In this document: positions 1-11,228 of the stretch, piece by piece
How positions within the stretch are numbered: position 1 is the first letter of the stretch
Layout of the letters: every line of letters starts with the position of its first letter
DNA from: Fimbriosthenelais zetlandica
Lineage: Eukaryota
DNA: 64,000 bases
Direction: 5' to 3'
Assembly (NCBI GenBank): GCA_977030845.1
Contig: OZ365118.1
Location: 15,376,001 to 15,440,000, forward strand
The notes under the pieces: model-generated
The model's database searches: none
Told to the model about the DNA's origin: nothing
The model's input: only the letters and a program-made list of their open reading frames with translations
Made by a program: the position numbers and the translations under genes

Positions 1-2304
1 GTACTGGAGGAACCGAGCAAGAGGAAGGGTGGATGTCTATTTCCATCGAAGCAGATTAGCTCGTGGGCCAGCTGCCTCTGTAATGGCTTAGCCTTAAAGC
101 CCGTGGACATGTTGGCTTTAATCACATCAAAGATTGTACTATGACCAATGTGGCAGCACTGTTTATTCAGATGGCCCACGTTATGCATGTTGTCAAGATG
201 GAGGACTGCCACCTCTCGGTCGTCTCCAGGAAATGTGGGCTGTCGGCGCTAACTGGGTTAAACACGTCTCTGAGAATACGAGCCTGTATAATCTAATTTA
301 AAGGTGACCGAAGGGACTTGTACGGCTCAAAGAAAGAGACTGATAGCCCAACTGGTGCCTAAGATTAGGACGCCGATATAACAGATTGGTGCTTTAATGC
401 CAGGCAGCATTTAACGAATAGCTCTGTTCATTTAATTGCTACTGCGACCATCCGTCCATATCCAATATACACGTCGCGGTCGATAGGCCTTGCATATTCC
501 TTACATTTCCATACATTTATGACACTTTACCGACCCACTCACAGCTCGGGTGGTCAGGGGTGGAGCTCTAAATCAGACACTCATTTCCACCCGTATGCCA
601 CTGTGCTGCGATCCCCGGGTCAGACAAACCGATAGTGTATTTGAACATAGACTGCGGCAGGCTGCTTGCTGCTGGCTTTGGAAGAGTTAATACTGGATGG
701 TTTGGACTGTGCTGAGCTATCTGTAGTACAGTCACATTGCTCAGGCCTGATCTATCTGAGCTCGCAGCCAGTGCCCGGTGATGATAGGACCAGAGGAAGG
801 TCAAGACAGGGAATGAATTATAACCGGGGTTTTGTAGGGGCTTTGAGAGAGCAAACCGTGATGCCACATCCAGCATACAGACCAGGGTCTCGCTTCATAT
901 TACAAACTGACTACTATGGTGTTTCACTAGTGAAATTACACTCAAATCATGGTCGAATAGCAGCAATTTGAGATTAGACATGAGGATTTGTAGTCTATGG
1001 GAGTTAGGGTTCCGAAACTGAAGGCCAAGAAACCCAAAATCCCATAGAGCTTGAAGCCTGAATGTCAACTGCTCTTTTCTCTTTAGTACACAAAACCTTG
1101 ACAAAGAAATCATAGAAAGTACCCTTTAACTAGATCGCTTCACTATATAACAGGTATCAGGAGCCAACTAGAAGAAGTACAGCTTTTCCCATCTCCTTGT
1201 TCAAACTTTTTCTGGCACAGAATACGCCATCTCGTGTTGCTTTCCCTTCACATAGTAAATTTGTCCCGTCTGTGAGAAAAAGCCTTGGAATGTTTCCTTT
1301 TTTGCCTTGGCAACACGAATATCAATGCAGGCCAGTGTCGATACTGTATACAGACTTGCAAACTGGAAACTGACTTTATGCTTGCCTGGGGAGCAATTGA
1401 TGTAGCCTTCCCACACGCATATACACATCAGTCAAACTTGACCAGTCCATCTTAGGTTAAATTTCAGAAAAAAAACTCCCAAACCTAGTAACTTATCATA
1501 GACTGCTGTTGCTGTCCAAACCAAGGTGACCTTAGAGCAAGATCCCACATGTATAAAGACCCCATTACATTAAGGACAGGCAACCAGAACTGGCCTCTTG
1601 AATTCCAGATGGGTTGCCTGAGGCATTTGCTCATTGGCAAGTTGGTTGAAGGTGCCCGGGCCAATCCCTCATTCTCCTATACTACTAACCCCCTCCAACC
1701 ACCATACACCAAAAGAAAAGTAAGGAAGATGGCCTCAACGTTAGGATGGGAAAAATGAATTTGCGCCAGGCAGCAATTTCCTTTCCCTGACTCCTCCTCT
1801 ATCATCACGCCTTGGTTAACATACTTAGGTTGAAAAATGAACATTTTGAAAGCCCCTTGATGGCCTCTAAAGGCGTGCTTCAAGTGGCACGGGCTCTTGT
1901 AACATCTGGCCGGGTGAGGGACTACGAGGCGAGTGGACCTGACATGGCCTTCCATATTGGGTACAGAGCTATATATCCAAGACAATAGCTACCGGGGCCT
2001 GCTACTCTAAGGAGCAGAGGTTAGCATAAACCTATAGTCCCTGCCGATGATTAATGGATGCTACTGTCTCTACAAAGGGGACCGTCTCAAAGGAAATCCA
2101 TCCCGCTTCAGTGACCATAGACTTAACATAGTGGAATGGTTGGAGATGTAGGAATCCTTCATAAAGGAGCAGTTCTCTGATATATGCTTTATTTAAATTT
2201 ATTGGCTCGTTAACCCATATAGCGTTGATTTAATATCGTACATTTTTTATGAGACAAGCTCCTGATGAGCAGTACAGGCTGGAGCCCACACATAGATCTA
2301 ACTG

Positions 2305-2311
2305 CTCTCTC

Positions 2312-2355
<44 letters not shown>
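2305..2355. repeat. (CT)n microsatellite
   Basis: Near-perfect CT dinucleotide run. Confidence 0.95.
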
Positions 2356-2358
<3 letters not shown>

Positions 2359-4946
2359 ACTGCTCTCTTTTCTCTCTCCTCGTTCTTGCCCGCATTGTAT
2401 TTAAACCATTGCTGTTAAAAACAGTACATGTGTCATTCATTTAATACATTGCAATGGCTTTGATAAATTCCATTGTTGCATCCGTACTGATGCAATTTAA
2501 CAAAACTATCTCTCCGGCATAAATTCACCTCATGCATTATCCAGTAGGAAATGAATATTTGCCCAACACGCCATATTGGCATACATGCTGTATTTATAAA
2601 GGAATATTTAGATAAATTAGAATTAGAGAAATCTTTAAGATATATTATATTCAAGAAGGTCTAAGGATAGCAATTTTGATTTTATATATCATATTAATCC
2701 ATCGTTACATTGAATGTTCAATAATCTGGGATCATGAACTTTGAAATGGCCCCAAGTATAGCCATTATAGGCCAATAGTTACAATATAAAATATAACCCT
2801 GCACACATTTTTTTTATGAAACGCACCTTATTATAGCTCATGATGTTTTATCTGTCAGTCAATCAGACGTCTATTAGATGCATCATTCCCTGTGATTATG
2901 ACACAAAACCTGCCATTCATTGGCCGTGTTGGCGGTTAGATAAGATCGATCCTTCCCTCAGGTATAAAGCATTGATGCAAATCGCTACTTGTAAATGCTT
3001 CAATTACGAGGTGGGGCACGCGAATGCATCACTCCCACCACGAAACAAATGGTCTGGCATAATTCAATTTGCAGCCCGTTTGTGCAATTGGCTGCCATGT
3101 CCCGCAGATAGGGATGAAATGGGAATTTGAACCAAATAATTGGAACAAAAAAGGTAATAACTTCGGGGAAAAAAGGTAATAACTCGATGCCTCATGATTT
3201 TGTAATGAACGAATACTATGATGCAGATGCTCTAATTCGTTTACGGCTTTCTTTTAATAAGAGAAGTGCTCTAAAAATTAGTGGCTGTCTTTTATCGTGT
3301 TGATTGGCAGAAAATGACTGACTGACTCAGAGAGAATATCGTAATTTCAAGTAGGCGGGGGGCTGCTGATTGCAATGTTCAAGTTGTGTTCGTTTTCTTC
3401 CCAGATTTGAACCTCCTCCCATGGCATTCGGTGCACCGTACTTCTCCCATAGACTTGGGAACCTCTATTAATTTCAGCTCAGGGTGTTAAAAAGCCCCTC
3501 TAGCTGTAGTGAATAATTTGTTTAGAAACAATAGAGGTGTAATGGATTTATGTTGAATTACCGCAGGCTTTGTTTAGGCAGCATGTGGTCTGGGGGGTGT
3601 GTGGTGGTAGAGAGGGGTACATGATATAAAGCATTAGGGGGGCAGTACTTGTGTTATTCTGAATAGTAAAAGACAGCCGTGGGAAACGATGCAAAAATAA
3701 TGACATAATATTGTGATTGCTCCTCTGCCAACCTACTGTGAAAGCACAGGATGAGCAGAAGCCATCTTTCATAAAACAAACCATTTGGATCAGAGAGACT
3801 TTAACTGAGGGTCCTAATTGCGCATTTCTATTAAAAGATATCTGACATTTTTACCGAGTTGAAACTTGCAAGTCTTTTGGCCTTGGGAATTGGGTCAGCC
3901 ATGACTTTAATGTGTCGAGGATCGAGGCACCTTCCCATACAACATGTACTTTACGGCTTTTCAAATTCATCAGATGGCTTTTGCCATTGGTACTGGCTTT
4001 GTCTGACGTGTGATATATCAGATATGCATTTGATACTACCAGTAGGGGGGCCTGGCTAATAGAGCGGCCAAAAGAGGGCGCTTTAATGGATTCGCCCAAT
4101 GAATTTTCAATACGGTAGAGAATAGAGTCTGTGCATCAAGCATTAGTGCCATAAATTTTTGACACCACCCAGCGTATAGGACACAGGATAGATGCATTAT
4201 TTAATTGCCCGTCAATCATACCTCCCAGTCATTGTAGGCCTCTATTAATCTATATAGATGCTATCCTAGATAAGCTCCGTTAAATAAGGCTTCCACATGC
4301 TGCCAGCAGCAGATATGGATCTTTCAAATGACTTTCGCTTCATACGGAATGCACAGATTGAGGCAGTCCATTCGATACCCCTCTCTTCATTAGCTGGCAT
4401 TCATTACACCTACTGAAACCCCCCACACATCCAACAAGTTTTACCCGAGCTATTTTTAAGAAGTGTGCCTACGAGCAATTCTGGCCTTTCATTGGCCTTA
4501 AATTCAAATATGGATGGCGGTTGGGGTATTGCTCTCGCAGGCGTATAGACGGGCTGCTTATATTGACAGGTTGGCTGGGAGGTAGAAAAGGGAAACGATG
4601 CAGAAGTCAGTCTGATCAAAATACACGCCTCCCTCTAACAATTACCTTCTCCCTCCTCTTCAATTTAGCGGCAGCAAGCCAATATCTAATGTCCCATTCA
4701 TTAGGCAATACTGGGATGCTACAATTGCAATTGATTTTCAATTTGTCCTCCGCACAAAGGAGCTGGAAAATAGTAGGGCCTGGGTGTTGGGGTGTGAAAG
4801 GAGAACTTGTGCCATAATGGGGAAGAGAATGGGAAATGTGGCAATGGATTAGTGATAGGGAGGTGGTGGTGGGGGATCAATTAACTATAGTGGCTGACCG
4901 CATCGGGTAGATCAAATGAGCGGGGGCGGTAATGAAAAGGAAGACC

Positions 4947-4952
4947 ACTCAC
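4947..4952 (-). other. 5' splice donor GTGAGT ending the protocadherin exon
   Basis: Plus strand reads actcac|ctg, i.e. minus strand CAG|GTGAGT, a consensus donor. The translated sequence beyond it loses recognisable features. Confidence 0.8.
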
Positions 4953-7784
4953 CTGTGAGATGACATTAGAGTTGGTGCGACTTATGGCCGGGCTGGGCAG
5001 GGATGTGGGCTTCTCATCAAGGTCACTCGTGTCCAGCTCGAAGCGCAAATGGGTTTTCAGTCCGTCGCCAGCGTCCGACTTGGACGTGGAGATATTACCC
5101 ACTTTTTCGTCGGTCTCAACTCTCCGCATGGTGGGGATATGTTTAGGACTGGGCGACTGGTGCTCCAAGTCCACTCGGCGCATGTATTTATAGCTATCAC
5201 GGTGGTTACGTTTCTTTTTCTTCCGGTGAACCAATATAATAGCAATTATGAGGAGGATTACTAGCACTGCACTGGCCACACCCATGGAAATGACAATGGT
5301 TTGGTTAGGAGCCATCTCCAAACTATTGCCATTTGCTCCGCCTTTCCTGTGAGAGATAATAGACATGGTTTTATTAACTATGATATTGATGTCGGATGAG
5401 GCCTGCCTGGGCGGGTGCCCATTATCAGTGACCCTCAGTAATAGTCGGTATCTACGGCCACCATACAACTCCAGGTTCTGATTGACAGTAAGGGTTCCCT
5501 TCATGGGATCTATAGCAAAAAGATCATCCAGGTTTCCCCGAGAGATGGCATAGTCCAAGCGAGCATTGATGGAATCGTCCCTATCACTGGCGATCATTCG
5601 GGTGATAACGTATCCCACAGGTGCCTGGTAGGACACCTGAACTGTGTTATTAATAGGGCTGGGATACGATATAATGGGGTCATTATCATTGATATCCACC
5701 ACTGAGATGGTCACACTCACTGAGCTAGTTGTAAATGGAAAGCCTTTATTAGACGCCATGACAGTGAGTCGATAGACTGCCTGGTACTCCCTGTCCAGCA
5801 TGCGTCTCGTCGTAATCATCCCTGTGTCTGGGTTGATCTGGAAAGCTCCCCTAGATCCCATGTTTGCCCTTAATGTGTAAGTGACTCTATTGTAGGGGCT
5901 CGAGTCGGGATCCACAGCTTTCACTGAGCCCACTTCTGTGCTGCCATCCGAGTTCTCCTCTATATTGAACTCGTAGGATGGCCGGCGGAACACCGGGGAC
6001 TCATCATTGATGTCCACTATTTTCAAGATAACAGTTGCCGTGGCCGATAACGGGGTCACGCCATTATCCGAGGCGATGACTCTGAATTGGAACTGATGCA
6101 TCTTTTCATAATCCAGGAGCGAGTTGGTACTGATGACCCCGGTTTTGGGGTCAACTTTGACCTGCCCCCTAGCGTCTGGGTGGAGAGAGTATGTGATATC
6201 TGAGTTGCGTCCTTCATCCTGATCTGTAGCATTCACTCGTAGGAGGTGCTCATTGATGCTACCGTTCTCCCTCACGGTCACACCATATACATCCTGGTTA
6301 AATATAGGAGCGTGGTCATTCTCATCTATTAGTTTGACCACGATGCGCTTGGTAGACTGTAAAGGGGGCATCCCATGGTCGTGACATTCCAAAGTCAGAC
6401 CAAAAGTTGCTTGCCTCTCTCTGTCAAAGGACCCACCCACTGTGAATATTGTATATTCATTCTGGTAGATTCTCGAAATATCAAAGTTCCGGTCTTTCAG
6501 GGAACATGTCACCTCGCCGTTTTCACCCTTGTCTGAGTCCTCCACTGAGATATGCGTCACAAATGTACTCGGCTCAGCATTCTCCGGGATCTGTACTTGA
6601 CCTGACGGGGTCAGTGAGTTGACAGTGATTTTGGGCGAGTGGTCGTTAATATCCATGACCTTGACCACGACTCTGGCATGGGTAGATACACTGTCTAGGC
6701 CACCCTGGTCGCTGGCGATAACAATCAAATGGTAGATTTTGTCTTTCTCATAATCCAAAGGACCCTTCAAGAAGATATCACCAGTTTGGTTGTTGATGCC
6801 AAAGAGGCTGCCAAAGCGATCAACAGTATCAGGAGATAGCATATAGGTCACCCGTCCATTGGGACCTCGGTCCTTATCAGTGGCGTGGACCCTGATAATC
6901 ATGGTTCCCACTCTAGCGTTCTCTCTCACTGACACGTCATAGCTCGCGTTATCAAACTTGGGGGGATTATCATTGGCGTCCACTACAGACACCTCTATAG
7001 TAAGCACGCCTGATTTAGATGGACTGCCCCCGTCCCTCGCTACGATTCGCATCATGTACATCGCCTTATCTTCACGATCGAGACGGTCTCGTAAAACCAG
7101 CTTCAGATCCCATGATCCATCTGATGTGTTTTGGGCGCGGAGCTCGAACTTTCGAGTTTGCGATCGAAAGTCATAGCTCTGGATGGTATTGCGGCCGCTA
7201 TCTGGATCCCGAGCTGCGGGAATGACAAAACTAACTCCAGGCATAACGCTCTCAGACACTGCCATTGACATTCTGGGCTTGGGGAAAGTAGGCGCGTTAT
7301 CGTTAATGTCTTCAACAAAAACCTTAACTGAAACCACTTCGAGATAGCTGACAGGCACTGGACTGATGGCCACATCAAACTGCAGCACACAAACTAGCAT
7401 TTGAGCACATATTTCCTCCCGATCAATGATCCTTTTGGTCCTTAATTCCCCCGTGGATGGGTCAATAGTAAAATAAGCCCTGTTCGGTTCATCCTTTTTC
7501 AGAAAGTCAAACTTGATATCCCCGTACACATCCGCCCCATACCTCTCGGCTATTTTCGCATCACTACCAATTTGCCCCACCATATTAGTGGCCGTGTTTT
7601 CCTCGGGCAGGGTGTATTCCAGTTTTATCCTTTCCTGTCGATCAGCCCTGGCTGCTGCTGGTCCCAGTGATAGGGTAAGTGCAACCAGGAGGGTCAATAC
7701 ATTGGTAATTGTCAACATGTTGTTATGACGCCTCCGCGGCCTGGGCTTAGCCACGGCTGCGTCCACTGGGATGCGACCATTCAT
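4953..7784 (-). CDS. Protocadherin, large coding exon (944 codons): signal peptide, 7 cadherin (EC) repeats, TM helix, start of cytoplasmic domain; the gene continues in downstream exon(s) not identified here
   Basis: Seven repeats carry the PEN/xEN, DxD, LDRE/LDYE and DxNDxxP motifs (ending DINDNAP, DANDNPP, DINDHSP, DENDHAP, DINDESP, DINDNDP, then a terminal repeat). EC1 has the protocadherin-type DREEIC-x4-C pair. There is a hydrophobic leader (LTLLVALTLSLG) and a TM segment (IVISMGVASAVLVILLIIAIILV) followed by HRKKKKR. In-frame ATGs lie at 7784 and 7718. The track ORF runs to 4881, but a CAG|GTGAGT donor after ...SNVISQ ends the exon at 4953 in phase 0. Confidence 0.95.
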
Positions 7785-9557
7785 CTCACAAGCTGTTATT
7801 GCCCGCTGGTCGGCCGGTCCCTACCACTGATAGGCGGGCTCCATATCGGTGATAACAGCGCCTCTACAGTAGCATTTCCCCTGGCCACTGATGATGCGTG
7901 AATGGACACGATTGTTGTACTTGCTCAGTCCTATCACCATACACAGGACTCCCTAGATCAACACACATGGTGCTCACTGAGCTGCTCCTGCTCCTCAGGC
8001 CCCATGCTCTGGTCACTCCTCCCTCTCTCTATCATTGAGATTATCACAGGTCAGTGGATTAGAGAGCAGCTCATCATTTGTATCGCTGTGTGGATTATCC
8101 GCTCACTTAATCAGGTCCAGCTAGAGACACGTGGCGCGGTCATATCTGTCAAAAACATAACATGGTTGGAATTAGTGACCAATAGACACTCTATGAGGCA
8201 TGCAGATGGTGGGCATTGATAGGATGTGGGGATTAAGCATCTGGTCAGCGGGGTGTATCAATAAATTAGAAGGGTTGTCACCAGGGACTTTGTCATGCTA
8301 ATGTTCAAAATAAATCTCTCACTGTTTAAATCTATCAGGTTTTCCTCTATTGAATGATGTATAGAACTGAGAATAGGTCTCACTTTTGTCCCTTTGTTTA
8401 TTGTAAAATACATTTATAAATTTTAGTATGGAAGATTGGTACAATGCCGAATACTGGCCCTAGTGGGCCGTAATCTTTGAAATTATATTGAAACCTTTTA
8501 TAGCATGAGATATTGTGTTCATTTTGAGACGTTATTCTATTTTTATTTCAGATGTTTCCTGTTCTAGCTGATCCAAATATAGGCAACATGAAGGTAAGAT
8601 TGAACTTTGATAACATCAATTGAAATATAAGCTTTTTTTACTTTTACTCTTGGAAAGGTAATGCATAATGAAAGATAATACCATGAAAGGGAATGAGTAA
8701 TGAAATAATCTGGAGAATAAGTGAAATAAAAGGAATAAGTCATGAAAGGGAATAGATGAATAGATAAGAATCTATCATCTACTCTTTCAATCTCTTGCAG
8801 TATAATTATAAATTCAAGAGCCTCCAGTTAAAAGTTCCATCTCTTTTATAATAGGCTATTGGATACCATCACTGAAATTGTATATGATCATATATATTGG
8901 CAATTTTCATCTGAGATAGCAGTTGTAGTGGTTTCCAGTGTCCCTTTATAAAAGAAAGGTGAGCATTTCCGCCCTTTACGTTGCGACTTGAAGCAATAGA
9001 TTAGTACCCCCTAACCCGACTAAACAAAACCATTGAACTGGCGACCATAAATCATATTAATAATCGAGCTCTGAAAAAGGAGCTAAGCTAGAGGATATCA
9101 AAAAGTCCCTTCTGAGGGAATTCAGCCCACATTATCATAACTCGGAGCTGTCACTAAAAAGACCTTTTCATTCACTTCACTGCTTGAATAAATCACCAGG
9201 GCATTGTAGTTTGCCATCAAAGGCCATCAAAGAAGCTTAAGTGGTCCGCGACTCAGAAGGCTTATTTTGATGCAAATTTGACAAATACAAGGCTGGACGC
9301 TTTAAAAGCGGCCCCTCGCTAATCTGTTGCTTTGGGGAATACTGGAAACAAAAGCAATCTGTCGTGAAATTAGTGGCTTTATCGGCGGAGGCGTAAGAGT
9401 TGTGAATAGTTGGAGGAGTCCCACTGAGGACTCTACGATAAGTTCGCTACACTGCGCCGTCTATTGGCCATCAAGGGACGACTCACACTGAGTTTTCTTG
9501 GGGGCTGTTTTTTTTAGATGGCGCCTCCTGCAGACGCCGAACGCAAGCTGTTGGCTT

Positions 9558-9611
9558 TGACGTCATCATCAATTTGAGCGGGGCAAATCATCACGTCACG
9601 CTCTGACGTGA
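9558..9611. promoter_or_regulatory. Cluster of three CRE/ATF-type sites in a CpG-rich patch ~1.8 kb upstream of the protocadherin ATG
   Basis: TGACGTCA at 9558-9565, TCACGTCA at 9591-9598, TGACGTGA at 9604-9611; ATTGG near 9463. Confidence 0.45.
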
Positions 9612-11084
9612 GGCCCCGATTAAAGCCATATTAACTCGGCGGGAGTTGGGTAGAGAATCACTCAATTTCCTCTCCGCGTTTCAACAAAGCCCCCCACTCC
9701 ACAAGGCCTCGCTCTCCGCTCCCCATAAAGGCCACATTTTTAAAGTGGATGCGAAAGACAAAATGCTATCGATTGATTAGAAATCGGTGCCAATTGCAGT
9801 CACTGCTGGGGAGATTTGGAGGTTGGAAGGGGACCTCTTTTCTTTCTTTTTTTACCCGGCGGAATGAATATCGCCTCGGTGCCTCTGGAAAGCTCCGAGG
9901 TATAGATGATCGCCGAGATGTCTGCTTTCTGCGATTGCGATGCTGTCATTCAGCTTTGTCGCGGGGAAGCCCAGAGGGTTATCTGACCATTGGCTCCTCC
10001 TCTGCTGTGGGCAAGCATTGAACACTCATCTAAAGCTATCTTGTTTGGCTGTCTGTAGTGGCCTGTCACTGGGCCTCATTGTGACATCTTTGAGGGTGGG
10101 ACAAGCAGCGTTTACATGGCAGTCTTATGGGTAATTGACAGTAGATGGCCGGAGGAAGAGCGAGCAATCAGTGCTGGCCTGCTGCAGGCTACCAATGACT
10201 GACTGACAGGCTGCTTTTCAACACTGCTTCTATACACTTACTCCTTTGTGCTCTGTCTATATAGGGGCTATATCCACTGGAGATGATGGCTTTTGTGATG
10301 CCTTAAAACAGGTTGTTGCTTAAGGGTTGGTCAACTGCTTTCGGTTATGCTTCAACATTGGCTGTTTCTATGCTCATATTCACTAATGCTAGTACCTTAA
10401 GACTCTTAATGCTATAGTAACACTGAATAGATTCTTTAGAAAGCCCCTGGGAGATTATAATATCAAGGGTTGTCCTATATTCCGTTTAGAATCTAAGATA
10501 CATGTAATATAATAGCAACGAATCAGCAATGGGAATTGAATCTAGTACCCCTTATATGTATTGGTGTACAACATGGTTTTATCATCATTTAATAGACTGT
10601 GACTATATTTCATATCGCCCCATTAAAATCTCTGCTCTGTGAGAACTTCCCTCATTAGGGGCATTAGCTCTATGTACAGTGACCGCTACAACAATCTGAC
10701 AGGGCTAAATGGGTATACTCTCAAACCATTTGAGATGCTTTGGCCACAAGAGGAAGATTTCCAATCCCTCAGAGTGCTTTCAAAAAACAGTTAGCCAGCC
10801 ATTAGCAGCTGAAGAGGCTACTTGAAGCTTGTTCTTGCTAGGACATGGCTGCTTTGTGCCCACTGGCAAATGCCGCTAAAAGTACTATAATATATAAAAT
10901 AGCCTGGAAAAGAGGGACAAGAACTGCCAGCTGTTTTTACAGTGGAGGCTGGGGTGAAATTATAGAACACGGGAAAATTTGAGAAACTCTGCTTTTTGGC
11001 GTGGAGTACCGTCTAGTTCTTTCATAAGATGAAATAATATAGTATACATTGTCAGTTTTAATTCCTCAGCAATATCCAGACTTG

Positions 11085-11228
11085 CCATTGTCCTTCTCCA
11101 CCCAGTGCTGCTATCTGGGATATCAAAGGTCAGCCATGTCTCCACTGTCTATGGTGAGAAGCACGTAAAAGAACCATTGCTGCCATTCGAGAAGAGCAAA
11201 CCGTTGTGTAGCCATAGGGTTTCATTCT
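11085..11228 (+). mobile_element. SINE-like dispersed repeat, central-domain relic (copy 1)
   Basis: 11085-11159 aligns by eye with 57163-57233 (cagtgctg..ctgggatatcaaag..cagccatgtct.ccactgtctatggt.aga). 11171-11228 aligns with 18830-18890 (accattgct.cc.at.cga..agagca...gggtttc). From recall it resembles the conserved core of invertebrate tRNA-derived SINEs; not verified by search. Confidence 0.6.

Noticed and set aside
568-3658. Candidate downstream protocadherin exons (phase-0 acceptors at 3658 with donor at 3562, and at 1017; ORF 568-876)
   Set aside because: Splice sites are plausible, but none encodes a recognisable protocadherin cytoplasmic motif and I cannot choose among them without RNA data.
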